Part shown: positions 40,691 to 51,016 of the stretch, piece after piece
How the letters are laid out: each line of letters starts with the position of its first letter
Position numbering within the stretch: the first letter of the stretch is position 1
Origin: Prevotella sp.
GTDB lineage: Bacteria > Bacteroidota > Bacteroidia > Bacteroidales > Bacteroidaceae
Direction of reading: 5' to 3'
Length of the DNA stretch: 64,000 nucleotides
Assembly (NCBI GenBank): GCA_051878735.1
Contig: JBJEKR010000044.1
Coordinates: 1,412-65,411, forward strand
Notes under the pieces: model-generated
Told to the model about the DNA's origin: nothing
Seen by the model: only the letters and a program-made list of their open reading frames with translations
Databases searched by the model: none
Position numbers and translations under genes: made by a program

Positions 40691-42424
40691 ATGAAACTCA
40701 ATAAAATTATATATTCGGTCTTTGTGTTGGCTATCGGAGGCGCACTCAATTCATGCAGTGACTTCCTTGACCGTCCTAATGAGGACAGCTATAACGACGG
40801 AAACTATTTCCAGAATGATGACCAGACAAAGGTTAGCACCAACACACTCTACAACTCGCCGTGGTATGACTTCCTGAGCCGTGGCTATTACAAGATTCCC
40901 GAGATAATGTCGGGCAACATCTATAGTGGAGGTAGCGCATATATGTCGTTCACTGTCAACGGCAGTGACAATGATGTGCTCAGCACCTCACAGTCTCTGT
41001 GGGCGGTAAATGCACAAGCAAACACCATCTACAACCGACTGAAGACAGCCAACGCTTCGGAAAGCGTTAGGAACACAGCCATGGGAGAGTGTCTTGCATG
41101 GAAGGCAATGGCTTATTTCTATCTCGTGCGCATTTGGAAAGACGTGCCTATCGTACACGACAACAGTTCTGAGATTGCCGCCGGCACATACAACGAGAAA
41201 TACAGAGTGAAAGGCGCAGACGTGTATGAGTACATCGTCATGACACTTGAAAAAGCCATCGAACTGCTCCCTGAAAAGAACGATGCAGGACGCATCGACC
41301 GTTGGGGTGCCAAGGCTCTTTTAGCAAAGGTCTATCTCGCTAAGTCGGGCATCAATGCCAACGGCAACGGCAAAAGAGATGAAAGCGACCTCGCCAATGC
41401 AGCAAAATATGCAAAGGACGTGATCGACAACTCTGGAAAGAAACTAATGACTAATTATGAGGACATCTTCAAGGGAGAAAACGACATGTGCGAAGAGAGT
41501 CTTTTCGGATGGCGTTGGACTGCCTTGCAGAACAACTACACCTGCGGTAACTGTCTCACTTCAGAGCTCGGTATGGCTGGATTCGACGATTATCTCTGCT
41601 GGGGTGACTGGACAGCACCATCAACCGACCTGCAGGACGCTTTCGGCGTATCACCACTCGACAATCCGAGCACACGTGCCGATGTTGACAAGCGCCGTCA
41701 CGCCACAATGATGATGGCAGGCGACACATACAGCCAGTGGTGGCAGAACAAGGGCGGCTTCGACTACCTGCGCTTCCTCCACGACAAGGACTATGCTCCT
41801 GGTTCAAACAGTGGACTTCAGTCTGCAACTGGTTCAAACATTGCCAAGCATCTTTACGGAAACAACGAGGACCACAAGCGCATCTATGGAATAAGCGCCA
41901 ACAAGCAGTGTACTTCTCTCAGCACACACGTATTGCGCCTTTCCGATGTTTACCTTATCTATGCAGAGGCAATGATAGGCAACAACGGCTCAACTTCTGA
42001 CCGCAGTGCTTGCGAGGCTTTCTATACTGTGCGCCATCGCTCTGTTCCAGGTTACGACAAGGTGGCTTCAAGCATCACACTCGATGAGGTGCTCAAAGAG
42101 CGTCGCTTGGAGTTCGCGTTTGAGGGCGACTATTGGTTCGACCTCGTGAGAATGTCTTACTACGACGTGAACAAGGCAATGGAAATCCTGAACAACCAGC
42201 GCCGAAACGGTTATTACAACCTTGCAGCTCTTTATAAGGAATACTACGAGAACGGTTCGTGGACTGTCGATCCATCGACGATGTACTACGAGACAAACAC
42301 TCCGAAGCCAAACGTTACTCCAGAGGTGTTCACTCTGCCGTTCCCCGATGTTGATGTCGTATATAACCCTCATCTTTTGGAAGATCCACAGAGTGTGGAC
42401 GTAAGAGCGGAATTTGCATACTAA
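40691..42424 (+). CDS. susD: SusD/RagB lipoprotein
   Basis: Lipobox LNSC, ALLAKVYL, LRLSDVYLIYAEA, ERRLEFAFEGDYWFDL. Confidence 0.95.
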   Translation: MKLNKIIYSVFVLAIGGALNSCSDFLDRPNEDSYNDGNYFQNDDQTKVSTNTLYNSPWYDFLSRGYYKIPEIMSGNIYSGGSAYMSFTVNGSDNDVLSTSQSLWAVNAQANTIYNRLKTANASESVRNTAMGECLAWKAMAYFYLVRIWKDVPIVHDNSSEIAAGTYNEKYRVKGADVYEYIVMTLEKAIELLPEKNDAGRIDRWGAKALLAKVYLAKSGINANGNGKRDESDLANAAKYAKDVIDNSGKKLMTNYEDIFKGENDMCEESLFGWRWTALQNNYTCGNCLTSELGMAGFDDYLCWGDWTAPSTDLQDAFGVSPLDNPSTRADVDKRRHATMMMAGDTYSQWWQNKGGFDYLRFLHDKDYAPGSNSGLQSATGSNIAKHLYGNNEDHKRIYGISANKQCTSLSTHVLRLSDVYLIYAEAMIGNNGSTSDRSACEAFYTVRHRSVPGYDKVASSITLDEVLKERRLEFAFEGDYWFDLVRMSYYDVNKAMEILNNQRRNGYYNLAALYKEYYENGSWTVDPSTMYYETNTPKPNVTPEVFTLPFPDVDVVYNPHLLEDPQSVDVRAEFAY

Positions 42425-42446
42425 ACCCTATATAATTGAACATAAT

Positions 42447-43805
42447 ATGAAAATAAATAAATTCATCACTTGCCTCTTCGCAACTCTCATTGTGGCAGCC
42501 AATCTCGTGCTCACATCGTGCGAAGACCAACCCGACAAGTTCGAGTTGACAGGTGGCAAGCCGGAAATAAACTATGTGCGTATGCCATACCTGTCGCAGG
42601 CAGATTCACTTATCACAGAGGCAAGCCTCAAGTCGATCATTTGTCTCGTCGGAAACAATCTCACGAGTATCCGCGAAATGTGGTTCAACGATCAGATGGC
42701 ACAGCTCAACACGAGCTACATTACTGACCACACTCTTATCGTACAAGTGCCGGAAGTTATTCCCTCGCTCGTCAGCGACAAGATATTCATGATTACGGCA
42801 GATGGCGACACTGTAGAATATGATTTCCATGTCATTGTTCCGAAACCTACAATCTCAACAATGTCTTGCGAATATGCTAAGGCAGGTGAGGCCGTGACTA
42901 TCTACGGAAACTACTTTGTTGATGATCCCAACGTGCCTCTCACTGTCATTATGCCTGATGGACAGAAGTTGACCGAGTTCGACAGTTTCACACAGAGCGC
43001 CATAACATTCAAGATGCCTTCATGTAACGTTGAGGGACCTGTCAAGGTGTCTTCCATCTACGGTGAGGCAGAGTCAGCTTTCCATTATCTTGAGTCACGC
43101 GGTCTTCTCTTCGACTTCGACACACCATGGGACGGCACCAATGTATTGGGCAACCACGGTTGGCATGCCCGCGACATTCTCAGCGACGAGACATCACTCT
43201 CCGGCAATTTCGTGCAGCTTGGCAACGGAACGGCGAAGATGACCGAGGACGGTGGTTGGGATGACTCCAACTTCTCGTTTGAGTATTGGTGCGGCTCATG
43301 GGACACTCCACAGAACATTACTTCAGGCGATGGTGTCGCCCTGTTCAATGTTGTGGATTTCTCCAACTGGGAAAACATGTCGCTGAAGTTTGAGATGTTC
43401 ATTCCTTCAGCATATCCTTGGAGTGCCGGCGCAATGCAGATTTGCTTCGAGGGCATTGACAAGGTTACTCTCTCAGGCAATCCCGTTGAGGGCTTTGACA
43501 AGGTGGCAGGAGCCAACGCATACGTCTTTAATGGTGACGATGCCGACGCTGGATTATGGGGACGTGCCATGTATCGCCCTTGGAGTGTAACTGGAACATA
43601 CAACACAGCCGACCGCTGGGAAACAGTGACAATACCTCTCACCGACTTCAAGTTTGACCGCACAGGTCTGATAACCTCTTCTACATTCAAGTCGGAGAAG
43701 GACTTTGCCAGTCTCACCATGTTTGTTGTTGGCGGTGGAGTGAACGGTACAGAGTGTACACCTATCATTAAAATAGACAACATCCGCGTGGTGCCGAACA
43801 AGTAA
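42447..43805 (+). CDS. Surface glycan-binding lipoprotein (SGBP)
   Basis: Lipobox VLTSC, two Ig/IPT-like domains, Trp-rich C-terminal beta-sandwich ending IDNIRVV. Start reassigned to MKINKF. Confidence 0.8.
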   Translation: MKINKFITCLFATLIVAANLVLTSCEDQPDKFELTGGKPEINYVRMPYLSQADSLITEASLKSIICLVGNNLTSIREMWFNDQMAQLNTSYITDHTLIVQVPEVIPSLVSDKIFMITADGDTVEYDFHVIVPKPTISTMSCEYAKAGEAVTIYGNYFVDDPNVPLTVIMPDGQKLTEFDSFTQSAITFKMPSCNVEGPVKVSSIYGEAESAFHYLESRGLLFDFDTPWDGTNVLGNHGWHARDILSDETSLSGNFVQLGNGTAKMTEDGGWDDSNFSFEYWCGSWDTPQNITSGDGVALFNVVDFSNWENMSLKFEMFIPSAYPWSAGAMQICFEGIDKVTLSGNPVEGFDKVAGANAYVFNGDDADAGLWGRAMYRPWSVTGTYNTADRWETVTIPLTDFKFDRTGLITSSTFKSEKDFASLTMFVVGGGVNGTECTPIIKIDNIRVVPNK

Positions 43806-43844
43806 GATTGAAAGATTGAACATTGAACATTTAAAGATTGAAAG

Positions 43845-46340
43845 ATGAAAAAATTAAATAGCATATTCACACTGTTGGTGGCAGCCGTTATAGGGCTGTC
43901 GCTGACAGCGTGCAGCGAGGACGACCTCGATACTAACCAGTATCAGCAAGGTGTCCATCTGAACGTTTGGGGTCCCAATCCCGTGATGTATGGTGGCACA
44001 GTGACGTTCAAGGGCAGCAATCTCGACCAGGTGGCAAGCATCCAATTCCCTGGCTGCACGCCAGTGACAAACATCAACGTCGTTAAGGCTGGCATCCCAA
44101 GTGAGATTAACGTACAACTTCCTGTCGAGGCTTTGGGCGAGGACTATGTTGTTCTCACTACAAAAACCGACGAGAAGATAACGACCAAGACCAAGATTGC
44201 CTACGAGCAGGGAATAGAGTTTGAATCATTCTCTCCAGCCAGCGTGATGCCAGGCGAGACATTGGTAATCACTGGCGAGTGGCTTCATCTTGTGGAATGT
44301 GTAGAGTTCTGCGAAGAGGTATTTGTTTCCAAAGACGATTTCGTGTCGCAGGACCGCAACCGCATTGAGGTCGTAGTACCTGAGACAGCACAAAGCGGTA
44401 ATGTGGCATTGCTTGACGCTGACGTGACAAAGATGAGCACGACAGAGAAAAACAATAGCGTGTATAACCGTATAGAATCAGAGAACATTCTTGAGGTGGG
44501 AACTCCAACCATTACCAAGGTGGCTTCTCCTCGCGGTGAGGCTCAGCCTATGGGCAACTTAGTCTGCAAGCAAGGCGAAACAATTACAATTACAGGACAG
44601 TATTTCAATCTCGTTGAGGCCGTGCTTATTGGCGACGAGGACAATTTTGTACTCTATGTTGGTGAAAACGACCTCACCATCAGTTCTGATGGCAAGAGCA
44701 TCTCGTTCACACTTCCTGCCGAGGCTCCTGACGGCGACATCAACATTCTTTGCCGCTCACAGGTTGAGGTTCCAGTGGCACGACTGGAAACTGTAGTTCC
44801 ATCAGAGTGCCTTGTTTCTCCTGTACCATCCAAAAATGGGCAGCCAATGACTATCTCGGGCAACGACCTCGACGTGGTTGCATCAATAGAGATGCCTAAC
44901 GTTAGCGAGGCTATCGAGTTCAGCTTTGCCGACGGAAAGATTGCCATCGCCGCTGTTCCTGTTTCGGCACAGGAAGGCAACCTTGTGCTACGCATGACTA
45001 ACGGCAAGGGCGTGGAAGTGCCATTCACTCTCGTCAAGCCGGTCGTAACAGCATATACTCCTAATCCAGTGTCTGCTGGCGGTGCATTGACAATAGGTGG
45101 TACAAACCTTGACCTCGTTGCCAGTGTAACATTCGGCGAGGGATCCGATGCCGCAGAGGCCAATGCCTCTGCCGACGGCAAGACTATTACCCTCACCGTG
45201 CCTATGAATGCCAAGAGTGGTGCACCTACTCTCAATCTTATCAATGGCACCACCGTTGAGGTGGCAGAGATTACCGTCAACGAGGCAGAATTCTGCTACG
45301 CTACGGTACTGCCTGATTCTGAGACGGAAATCAAGGCCGGCAGTTCAATGACGCTTACCATTGCCAATGGCGACAAGCTGACAGGCGTTGAAATCAACGG
45401 CAAGGCTTGCCAGTATGTGCTTACTGACGGCGACAAGCTCATCATCGGCATTCCTGAGACAGCTGGAGCAGCATCAAAAGTTCGCCTCGTTTCTTCCAAC
45501 GGTGAAGTGACCTACACCATCGACATCACTCCAAACACTGAGGTAAACACCGTCATCTGGACAGGTGCCGTTGACCTCAACTCATGGGGTATCAACTGGC
45601 AGTTTGGCGATGGAAGCCAGTCGGCAGGTGAAGACCCATTGGCATTCACTAAGATTGCTCTTGCCGAGGGCGACGTGATACATCTCTATGCTACGGCATA
45701 CAACGAGTGGTGGCAGATACAGTTCTTCAACGGACACTGGGAGGCTCAGACCGAAATCGGCGAGACCTTCGGCAACGGCAACAATGTCAATGCCGGCATA
45801 GCAAGCCTTGAGAGCGGTTGTCTCGACATCATCGTGACAGCCAAGATGCTCACCGAGTTCACCACATATAACGACTGGGGCTACTGCTGGATTCTCCAGG
45901 GTGAGGGCGTGGTTATTACGAAAATCAGCGTCACACACTACAATTCGCTTGAGCAAGACCTTTCCAACTGCCTCGTGCGTCAGGACGACCAGAGCGTGAA
46001 CATCTCTCTCCCAATGAACGTAACATGGGACGACAGCGGCCGCTTCCGCGTCCTCATCGACAAGGAACCTGCCATCAAGGACATGAAGCTCAAGGCAGAC
46101 AAGTCGGTTATGTACTTCTACACCACAGGCACTGGACAACTTCAAATCAACAACGGCAACTGGAGCTCGTGGACAACCATTGCCGATTGGGACAATGCCG
46201 ACGAGAAGAAGATGGAACTTGTGCTCACACAAGACATGATAGACTGGCTCAAAGGCACACAGAGCGACGGCTGGAGCTCGACTGGAATGATTATCCAGGG
46301 CGACGGAATGACTCTGAAGAAAGTGACCATCCTTCCGTAA
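43845..46340 (+). CDS. Multi-IPT/TIG-domain surface lipoprotein with C-terminal CBM-like domains
   Basis: Lipobox LTAC, repeated TI.G.NLD.V.S units, two Trp-rich C-terminal modules. Confidence 0.8.
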   Translation: MKKLNSIFTLLVAAVIGLSLTACSEDDLDTNQYQQGVHLNVWGPNPVMYGGTVTFKGSNLDQVASIQFPGCTPVTNINVVKAGIPSEINVQLPVEALGEDYVVLTTKTDEKITTKTKIAYEQGIEFESFSPASVMPGETLVITGEWLHLVECVEFCEEVFVSKDDFVSQDRNRIEVVVPETAQSGNVALLDADVTKMSTTEKNNSVYNRIESENILEVGTPTITKVASPRGEAQPMGNLVCKQGETITITGQYFNLVEAVLIGDEDNFVLYVGENDLTISSDGKSISFTLPAEAPDGDINILCRSQVEVPVARLETVVPSECLVSPVPSKNGQPMTISGNDLDVVASIEMPNVSEAIEFSFADGKIAIAAVPVSAQEGNLVLRMTNGKGVEVPFTLVKPVVTAYTPNPVSAGGALTIGGTNLDLVASVTFGEGSDAAEANASADGKTITLTVPMNAKSGAPTLNLINGTTVEVAEITVNEAEFCYATVLPDSETEIKAGSSMTLTIANGDKLTGVEINGKACQYVLTDGDKLIIGIPETAGAASKVRLVSSNGEVTYTIDITPNTEVNTVIWTGAVDLNSWGINWQFGDGSQSAGEDPLAFTKIALAEGDVIHLYATAYNEWWQIQFFNGHWEAQTEIGETFGNGNNVNAGIASLESGCLDIIVTAKMLTEFTTYNDWGYCWILQGEGVVITKISVTHYNSLEQDLSNCLVRQDDQSVNISLPMNVTWDDSGRFRVLIDKEPAIKDMKLKADKSVMYFYTTGTGQLQINNGNWSSWTTIADWDNADEKKMELVLTQDMIDWLKGTQSDGWSSTGMIIQGDGMTLKKVTILP

Positions 46341-46371
46341 CAAGTATTTATAATTTACACGAAATAGTATT

Positions 46372-48159
46372 ATGAAGATAAAGAATTTCATTTCATGTTG
46401 CGCCATTGCAGCTGCCACCTTCGGGTTGGCAGCCTGCAACGACACCGATGCACAATACACCATACCGCAGGTTGACGCTCCCATACTGGTAGGCTCTAAT
46501 CCTGCTGAAGGGGAAGAGGTGGCTGATGGCGACAGAGTCATCACCCTCGAATTCGACAAGAACATTGGCTTTGCCTCTGCCAACTACTCGCAGATTACGC
46601 TCACTGGCGGCGGCACAGTGACGGGGGCTGCTGTCTATGGTGTAAGCAAGACGCTGTCAATCTCCACCACAGGAACACCAAAGGGCGCACAGTGTACGCT
46701 CACCATTCCCGCCGGACTGGTTACAGGTCCTAACAAGATGCCAGCCGCCGAGATAGTCCTCAACTTCACCACCACGCCACCGCAGCCTATCGCATCGGCT
46801 CCAGTGGCTGCCAAGCAGTCAAAGGCCATTGCCCTCTACAAATACCTCAAGGACAACTACGGCGTGAAGACACTCTCGGGCATGATGGCTAACGTGGCAT
46901 GGAACTACGACGAGGCACAACGCGTAAAAGAGCTCACAGGCAAATATCCAGCCATCAACGGCTTCGACTACATCCACTTGCCGGCTTCTGTCAGCGGCGC
47001 AAACTGGATCAACTATGGCGACATCACACCTGTAAAGCAGTGGTCTGACATGGGCGGTATCGTAGCACTCGGCTGGCACTGGCTTGTGCCAAAGGCAAAG
47101 GTTGAGGCAGGTGGCGGCGGTGACCAGCCGGGAGAGGCTGTTGAACTTTGGAGCGGCAGCCAGGACATTGGCACAGGATGGGACTGGAACGCCAACGTGG
47201 TTGTCGATGCCTCAACAGTATCAGAGGGCAACGTGCTGCGCATATCCTTCAACCTCAACGCAGCCGACTATCACCAACTGAAAGTGTCGGACAACAGCGG
47301 CAACGCCCTCTCTTCTTATAAGGACGTTGACAACGGCTGGGGATGTATTGAACTTGCTGCCGATGCCACCTCCTACGACATCACGCTCAATGCCACCGAC
47401 GCGGCAACAATATCCTCAGGAGGCTTCCGTGTAGCTGGCTACGCACTCACCATCAAGAAGATTGAGCTACTCAGCTCGTCAACTAAGTCGAAGGTGCGCT
47501 CTTCTAATCCTTACGCTTCGCTCAATCCTAACACCGACTACACCTACAGCTCTGGCGAGACGGTCTTCGACCTGAAGAACGCCACCGTTGACGGCACATG
47601 GGAAAAGGCGTTCATCGACTACGATCTGCAAAACCTCGCAGCATATCTAAAGCTGCTCAAGGATGCCGATATCCCTGTTCTCTGGCGACCACTCCATGAG
47701 GCCGCAGGCGGTTGGTTCTGGTGGGGCACCGATGCAGAGGCGTTCAAGAAACTCTGGCGCTACATGTTCGACTTCCTCAACGCCGAGGGTATAGACAACC
47801 TCATTTGGGTGTGGACATCACAGACAGGCGACGACGATTGGTACCCTGGCGACCAGTATGTTGACATCATCGGACGCGACCTCTACGGCACTGGGGCAGC
47901 TGACTGTGCCAGCGACTTTACGTCTCTCCAGAACAAATATCAAACCAAGATGGTAACACTCTCCGAGTGTGGTTGGAGCGAATACACCAATTCGCGTGTC
48001 GCTAACATCGCCGACCAGTGGAATCTTGGTGCCAAGTGGTCATGGTTCATGCCGTGGTACGACGGCTCTGATGCCACTAACCGCCATGCCGACGACGCTT
48101 GGTGGCAGTCAGCAATGAACTCTGACTTTGTAATCTCACTCGACGAAGTCAGCTTCTAA
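46372..48159 (+). CDS. GH26 endo-beta-1,4-mannanase lipoprotein with an N-terminal Ig domain and an inserted CBM-like domain
   Basis: Lipobox LAAC, GKYPAINGFD, WHW, LWRPLHEA..GWFWWG, WYPGD, LSECG, WSWFMPW. Confidence 0.92.
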   Translation: MKIKNFISCCAIAAATFGLAACNDTDAQYTIPQVDAPILVGSNPAEGEEVADGDRVITLEFDKNIGFASANYSQITLTGGGTVTGAAVYGVSKTLSISTTGTPKGAQCTLTIPAGLVTGPNKMPAAEIVLNFTTTPPQPIASAPVAAKQSKAIALYKYLKDNYGVKTLSGMMANVAWNYDEAQRVKELTGKYPAINGFDYIHLPASVSGANWINYGDITPVKQWSDMGGIVALGWHWLVPKAKVEAGGGGDQPGEAVELWSGSQDIGTGWDWNANVVVDASTVSEGNVLRISFNLNAADYHQLKVSDNSGNALSSYKDVDNGWGCIELAADATSYDITLNATDAATISSGGFRVAGYALTIKKIELLSSSTKSKVRSSNPYASLNPNTDYTYSSGETVFDLKNATVDGTWEKAFIDYDLQNLAAYLKLLKDADIPVLWRPLHEAAGGWFWWGTDAEAFKKLWRYMFDFLNAEGIDNLIWVWTSQTGDDDWYPGDQYVDIIGRDLYGTGAADCASDFTSLQNKYQTKMVTLSECGWSEYTNSRVANIADQWNLGAKWSWFMPWYDGSDATNRHADDAWWQSAMNSDFVISLDEVSF

Positions 48160-48188
48160 ACATAATAATAGTTGTTGAAATTCTATTG

Positions 48189-48223
48189 GAGAGGCTGTTG
48201 CAAGGTTGTTGCAACAGCCTCTC
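48189..48223 (+). terminator. PUL terminator hairpin
   Basis: 15-bp perfect IR GAGAGGCTGTTGCAA / TTGCAACAGCCTCTC. Confidence 0.75.
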
Positions 48224-48319
48224 TTCGCTTAAGGCGATACTCAGAACTTTCTGTGCGATTTTTAGTTGATTTCCTTGGCATAATTTGGCTGTTTGACATA
48301 TTATTGCTACTTTTGCAGT

Positions 48320-48832
48320 GTGATACGCAAAGACAAGGAGACGATAACGAGGACAGACTTTGAGCTGTTTTTCCGTGAACACCATTCACGGCTGTATTTC
48401 TTTGCCCTTAACATCACACGCGACGAGGAGACGGCAAAGGACATTGTCAGCGACATGTTCGCAGCGGCATGGAACAACCGCGAGAACATCGACAAGACGA
48501 AACTCGGCAGCTATCTCTACACTGGCGTTAGGAACCGATGCCTGAACGAGGTGAAGCGGGCGAAACGCTGTGAGGACATCGAAGGCACGAAGCTGCCAAA
48601 CATCGCCGCCGACGACAGCGAGGCATGGCGACAAAGGGAAAGTCGCATCGACGCCATAGAGGGCGAGATAAGGAAAATGCCGCAGCGCACGAGGTTTATT
48701 CTGGAAGAGTGCTACTATAATCATCACACATATAAAGAGGTGGCTGAAGAGTTAGGGATTACCACCGAAGGCATCAAGAAACAACTTTCAAGGGCAATGG
48801 CTCAACTAAGGAGCCATTTTAACAAAAAATAA
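48320..48832 (+). CDS. ECF sigma factor (Bacteroidetes expansion type)
   Basis: AKDIVSD.F..AW, YLY..VRNRCLN, TYKEVAEELGI; probable GTG start. Confidence 0.88.
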   Translation: MIRKDKETITRTDFELFFREHHSRLYFFALNITRDEETAKDIVSDMFAAAWNNRENIDKTKLGSYLYTGVRNRCLNEVKRAKRCEDIEGTKLPNIAADDSEAWRQRESRIDAIEGEIRKMPQRTRFILEECYYNHHTYKEVAEELGITTEGIKKQLSRAMAQLRSHFNKK

Positions 48833-48889
48833 ACTGAAAGGTTGTACCCTAAACATTCATGACGAGTCTTAAACATAAAACGAACGACA

Positions 48890-49891
48890 ATGGACGAAAA
48901 AGACGATAGATTGAAACAAGAACTACAACTGCCTGACGAGGAACAGCAAGCGGAGATTGCCGAAGCCATAGCGCGCATGAAGCATGACGCTCCTGACGTT
49001 GACCTCGAATGGGAAAAACTGGAGCGGCAGATGGATGGAAGGTCATTATGGCGGCGACGTGTCGTCTTAGGACTTGTCACTGCCGCAGCATGTCTGTTGT
49101 GCCTCGTGCTGATGAAGACCAACAAAGCCAAGGAGGAAATGGTACCCGAAGGTGCCGTAGTGGTGGCTAACGAGGGCGCGACAGACATTGTAGTGGATGA
49201 CGGCAACGGCAACGAGACCACCATAAAGGGCAACAAGTATGCCGCCGCAGCAACAAAGACACGCACGCCACAGACGAAGACCATAACGACACCGCGAGGC
49301 AAGGACTGCAACATAGTGTTGCCTGATGGAAGTCGGGTGTGGCTGAATGCCGACAGCCGATTGGCGTTCCCCGAAGCCTTCACTGGCGACACAAGGAAGG
49401 TGGAACTAAAAGGCGAGGCATATTTTGAAGTCGCACGCGACGAAAGCCATCCTTTCATCGTAGAAACCGAATACATGACGACAAAGGTGCTTGGCACAGT
49501 ATTCAACGTGCGTGCCTTCTCTGCCAAAGACGCTTCGGTGGTGCTTGTTGAAGGCAAGGTGGATGTCTCAGGATGCCCGTTGCACCCTGGGCAGATGGCT
49601 TTCCTTAAAAAAGGCGAGTTGGCGACAGCCGAAACGGACATCTATCCCTACACCCAGCGCAAGGACGGCTTCTTCTATTTCCACGATGCTCCTTTGGTGC
49701 AGATAATGGGTGAGATAGGCCGCTGGTACAACAAGACCATCGTGTTTGAAGATCAGGATATGCTTAACCTCCGCCTGCATTTCGTGGCAGAGCGCAACCT
49801 TTCCATCACCGACATATTGCAACAGCTCAACGACATTGACGGAGTAGGCATCACGCAGGAGAAGGACGGAACGGTGATAGTGGGGAATTAA
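48890..49891 (+). CDS. FecR family anti-sigma factor
   Basis: TM segment, LPDGSRVWLNADS.L, VELKGEAYFEV, KVLGTVFNV, C-terminal DUF4974-like domain. Confidence 0.9.
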   Translation: MDEKDDRLKQELQLPDEEQQAEIAEAIARMKHDAPDVDLEWEKLERQMDGRSLWRRRVVLGLVTAAACLLCLVLMKTNKAKEEMVPEGAVVVANEGATDIVVDDGNGNETTIKGNKYAAAATKTRTPQTKTITTPRGKDCNIVLPDGSRVWLNADSRLAFPEAFTGDTRKVELKGEAYFEVARDESHPFIVETEYMTTKVLGTVFNVRAFSAKDASVVLVEGKVDVSGCPLHPGQMAFLKKGELATAETDIYPYTQRKDGFFYFHDAPLVQIMGEIGRWYNKTIVFEDQDMLNLRLHFVAERNLSITDILQQLNDIDGVGITQEKDGTVIVGN

Positions 49892-50052
49892 GAATTGCTG
49901 CGCAAACCGAGAGGAGAGCCAAGCTCGCTTGAGCTATCCCGAGATGCAGCCAGCAATCGACGAAGTCAATTAAGAATTAAAAATTAAGAATTAAGAATTA
50001 AGAAACGAAGTTCGACGAAGTCAATTAAAAGATTGAAGAATTAAAAATTAAA
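49885..50052 (+). repeat. Heptamer array with long and short inserts ending in TCGACGAAGTC
   Basis: AATTAAG units; GC-rich insert of about 72 bp (49896-49967); 20-bp core (50003-50022) identical to 4621-4640. Confidence 0.8.
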
Positions 50053-50144
50053 TATAATCCGATATGGAAACCGTGATTTGAATAGGCAAAAAGTTGTGCT
50101 CTATTCATGACCGAAATAGAGCTTAAACTCCTTTTTACATCAAT

Positions 50145-50200
50145 TAATTGCAGATTTTCGTCCATTTGTGTGAAAGTCTGCAATTATTTTCTTACTTTTG
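50145..50200 (+). promoter_or_regulatory. upxY promoter with a 15-bp inverted repeat around the -33 box
   Basis: TAATTGCAGATTTTC / GAAAGTCTGCAATTA flank TTTG; TACTTTTG at 50193-50200. Confidence 0.6.
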
Positions 50201-50267
50201 TAGTCAGAAATAGACAATTCTTGTTAAGAAGAATCTTGTTTCTTTAAATCTAACCTCTTGTATAGCA

Positions 50268-51002
50268 GTGGGAGATATTACAGACAGGTCCTCATTGACC
50301 AACGCTTCATTGTATAATGGGCAGCCTCTTGACACTGGCTCAATGTTTCACAGTGCTGGAGTTGCATCCTGCACGCCCTCCATCCAGAGTGACAGGGGTG
50401 GGGTGTCGGTAGAGAATGTCCATACGCCAACCAAGCAATGGCACGTTCTCCGTGTCTCATACGGCAGAGTATTGAAAGCGAAAGAGATAGTAGATGCCCG
50501 CAATATCGAATGTTATGTCCCGATGCGCAGCAGACAGGTGACCAAGCACGGCAAGAAGCATATCGTCACAGAGCCACTTCTCCCTTCCTTCATCTTTGTC
50601 CGCTCATCATTGGACGAGGTCGATGCCATGCTCCATGATGACAAAGTGAACTCCATTGAGTCACGTCCTCTTCTCAGTTTCTACTTCGACCACACCTCCT
50701 ATCGTCAGGACAATCCCGACCGCAATCCTCCTCTCGTCATCCGTGATGAAGCCATGCAAAACTTTATCAATATGACTTCCGTCAAGAATCCTCACATAAT
50801 CCCAGTGACATCAGAAAACATCCAGTTCAAGCTCGGTGACGAAGTCATAGTGACGGAAGGGGACTTCAAGGGCATCCGTGGACGTGTGGCTCGCATAGCT
50901 GGACAGCAGCGAGTGATAGTAGAACTGTTTAGCGGTTGTTTGGTGGCTACGGCATATATACCGAAGGAAGCGATGGAGAAGATTGACAAGGAAAAGGAGT
51001 AA
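50268..51002 (+). CDS. UpxY/NusG family transcription antiterminator (start uncertain)
   Basis: WHVLRVSYGR, CYVPM, PLLPSFIFV (NGN domain); GDEVIVTEGDFKGIRG (KOW). Confidence 0.88.
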   Translation: MGDITDRSSLTNASLYNGQPLDTGSMFHSAGVASCTPSIQSDRGGVSVENVHTPTKQWHVLRVSYGRVLKAKEIVDARNIECYVPMRSRQVTKHGKKHIVTEPLLPSFIFVRSSLDEVDAMLHDDKVNSIESRPLLSFYFDHTSYRQDNPDRNPPLVIRDEAMQNFINMTSVKNPHIIPVTSENIQFKLGDEVIVTEGDFKGIRGRVARIAGQQRVIVELFSGCLVATAYIPKEAMEKIDKEKE

Positions 51003-51016
51003 TAACACTACGAATT

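Noticed and set aside
50145-50186. Invertible promoter upstream of upxY
   Set aside because: The IR encloses only 12 bp and excludes the -7 box, which is too short for a recombinase-driven inversion; no invertase is in the window.
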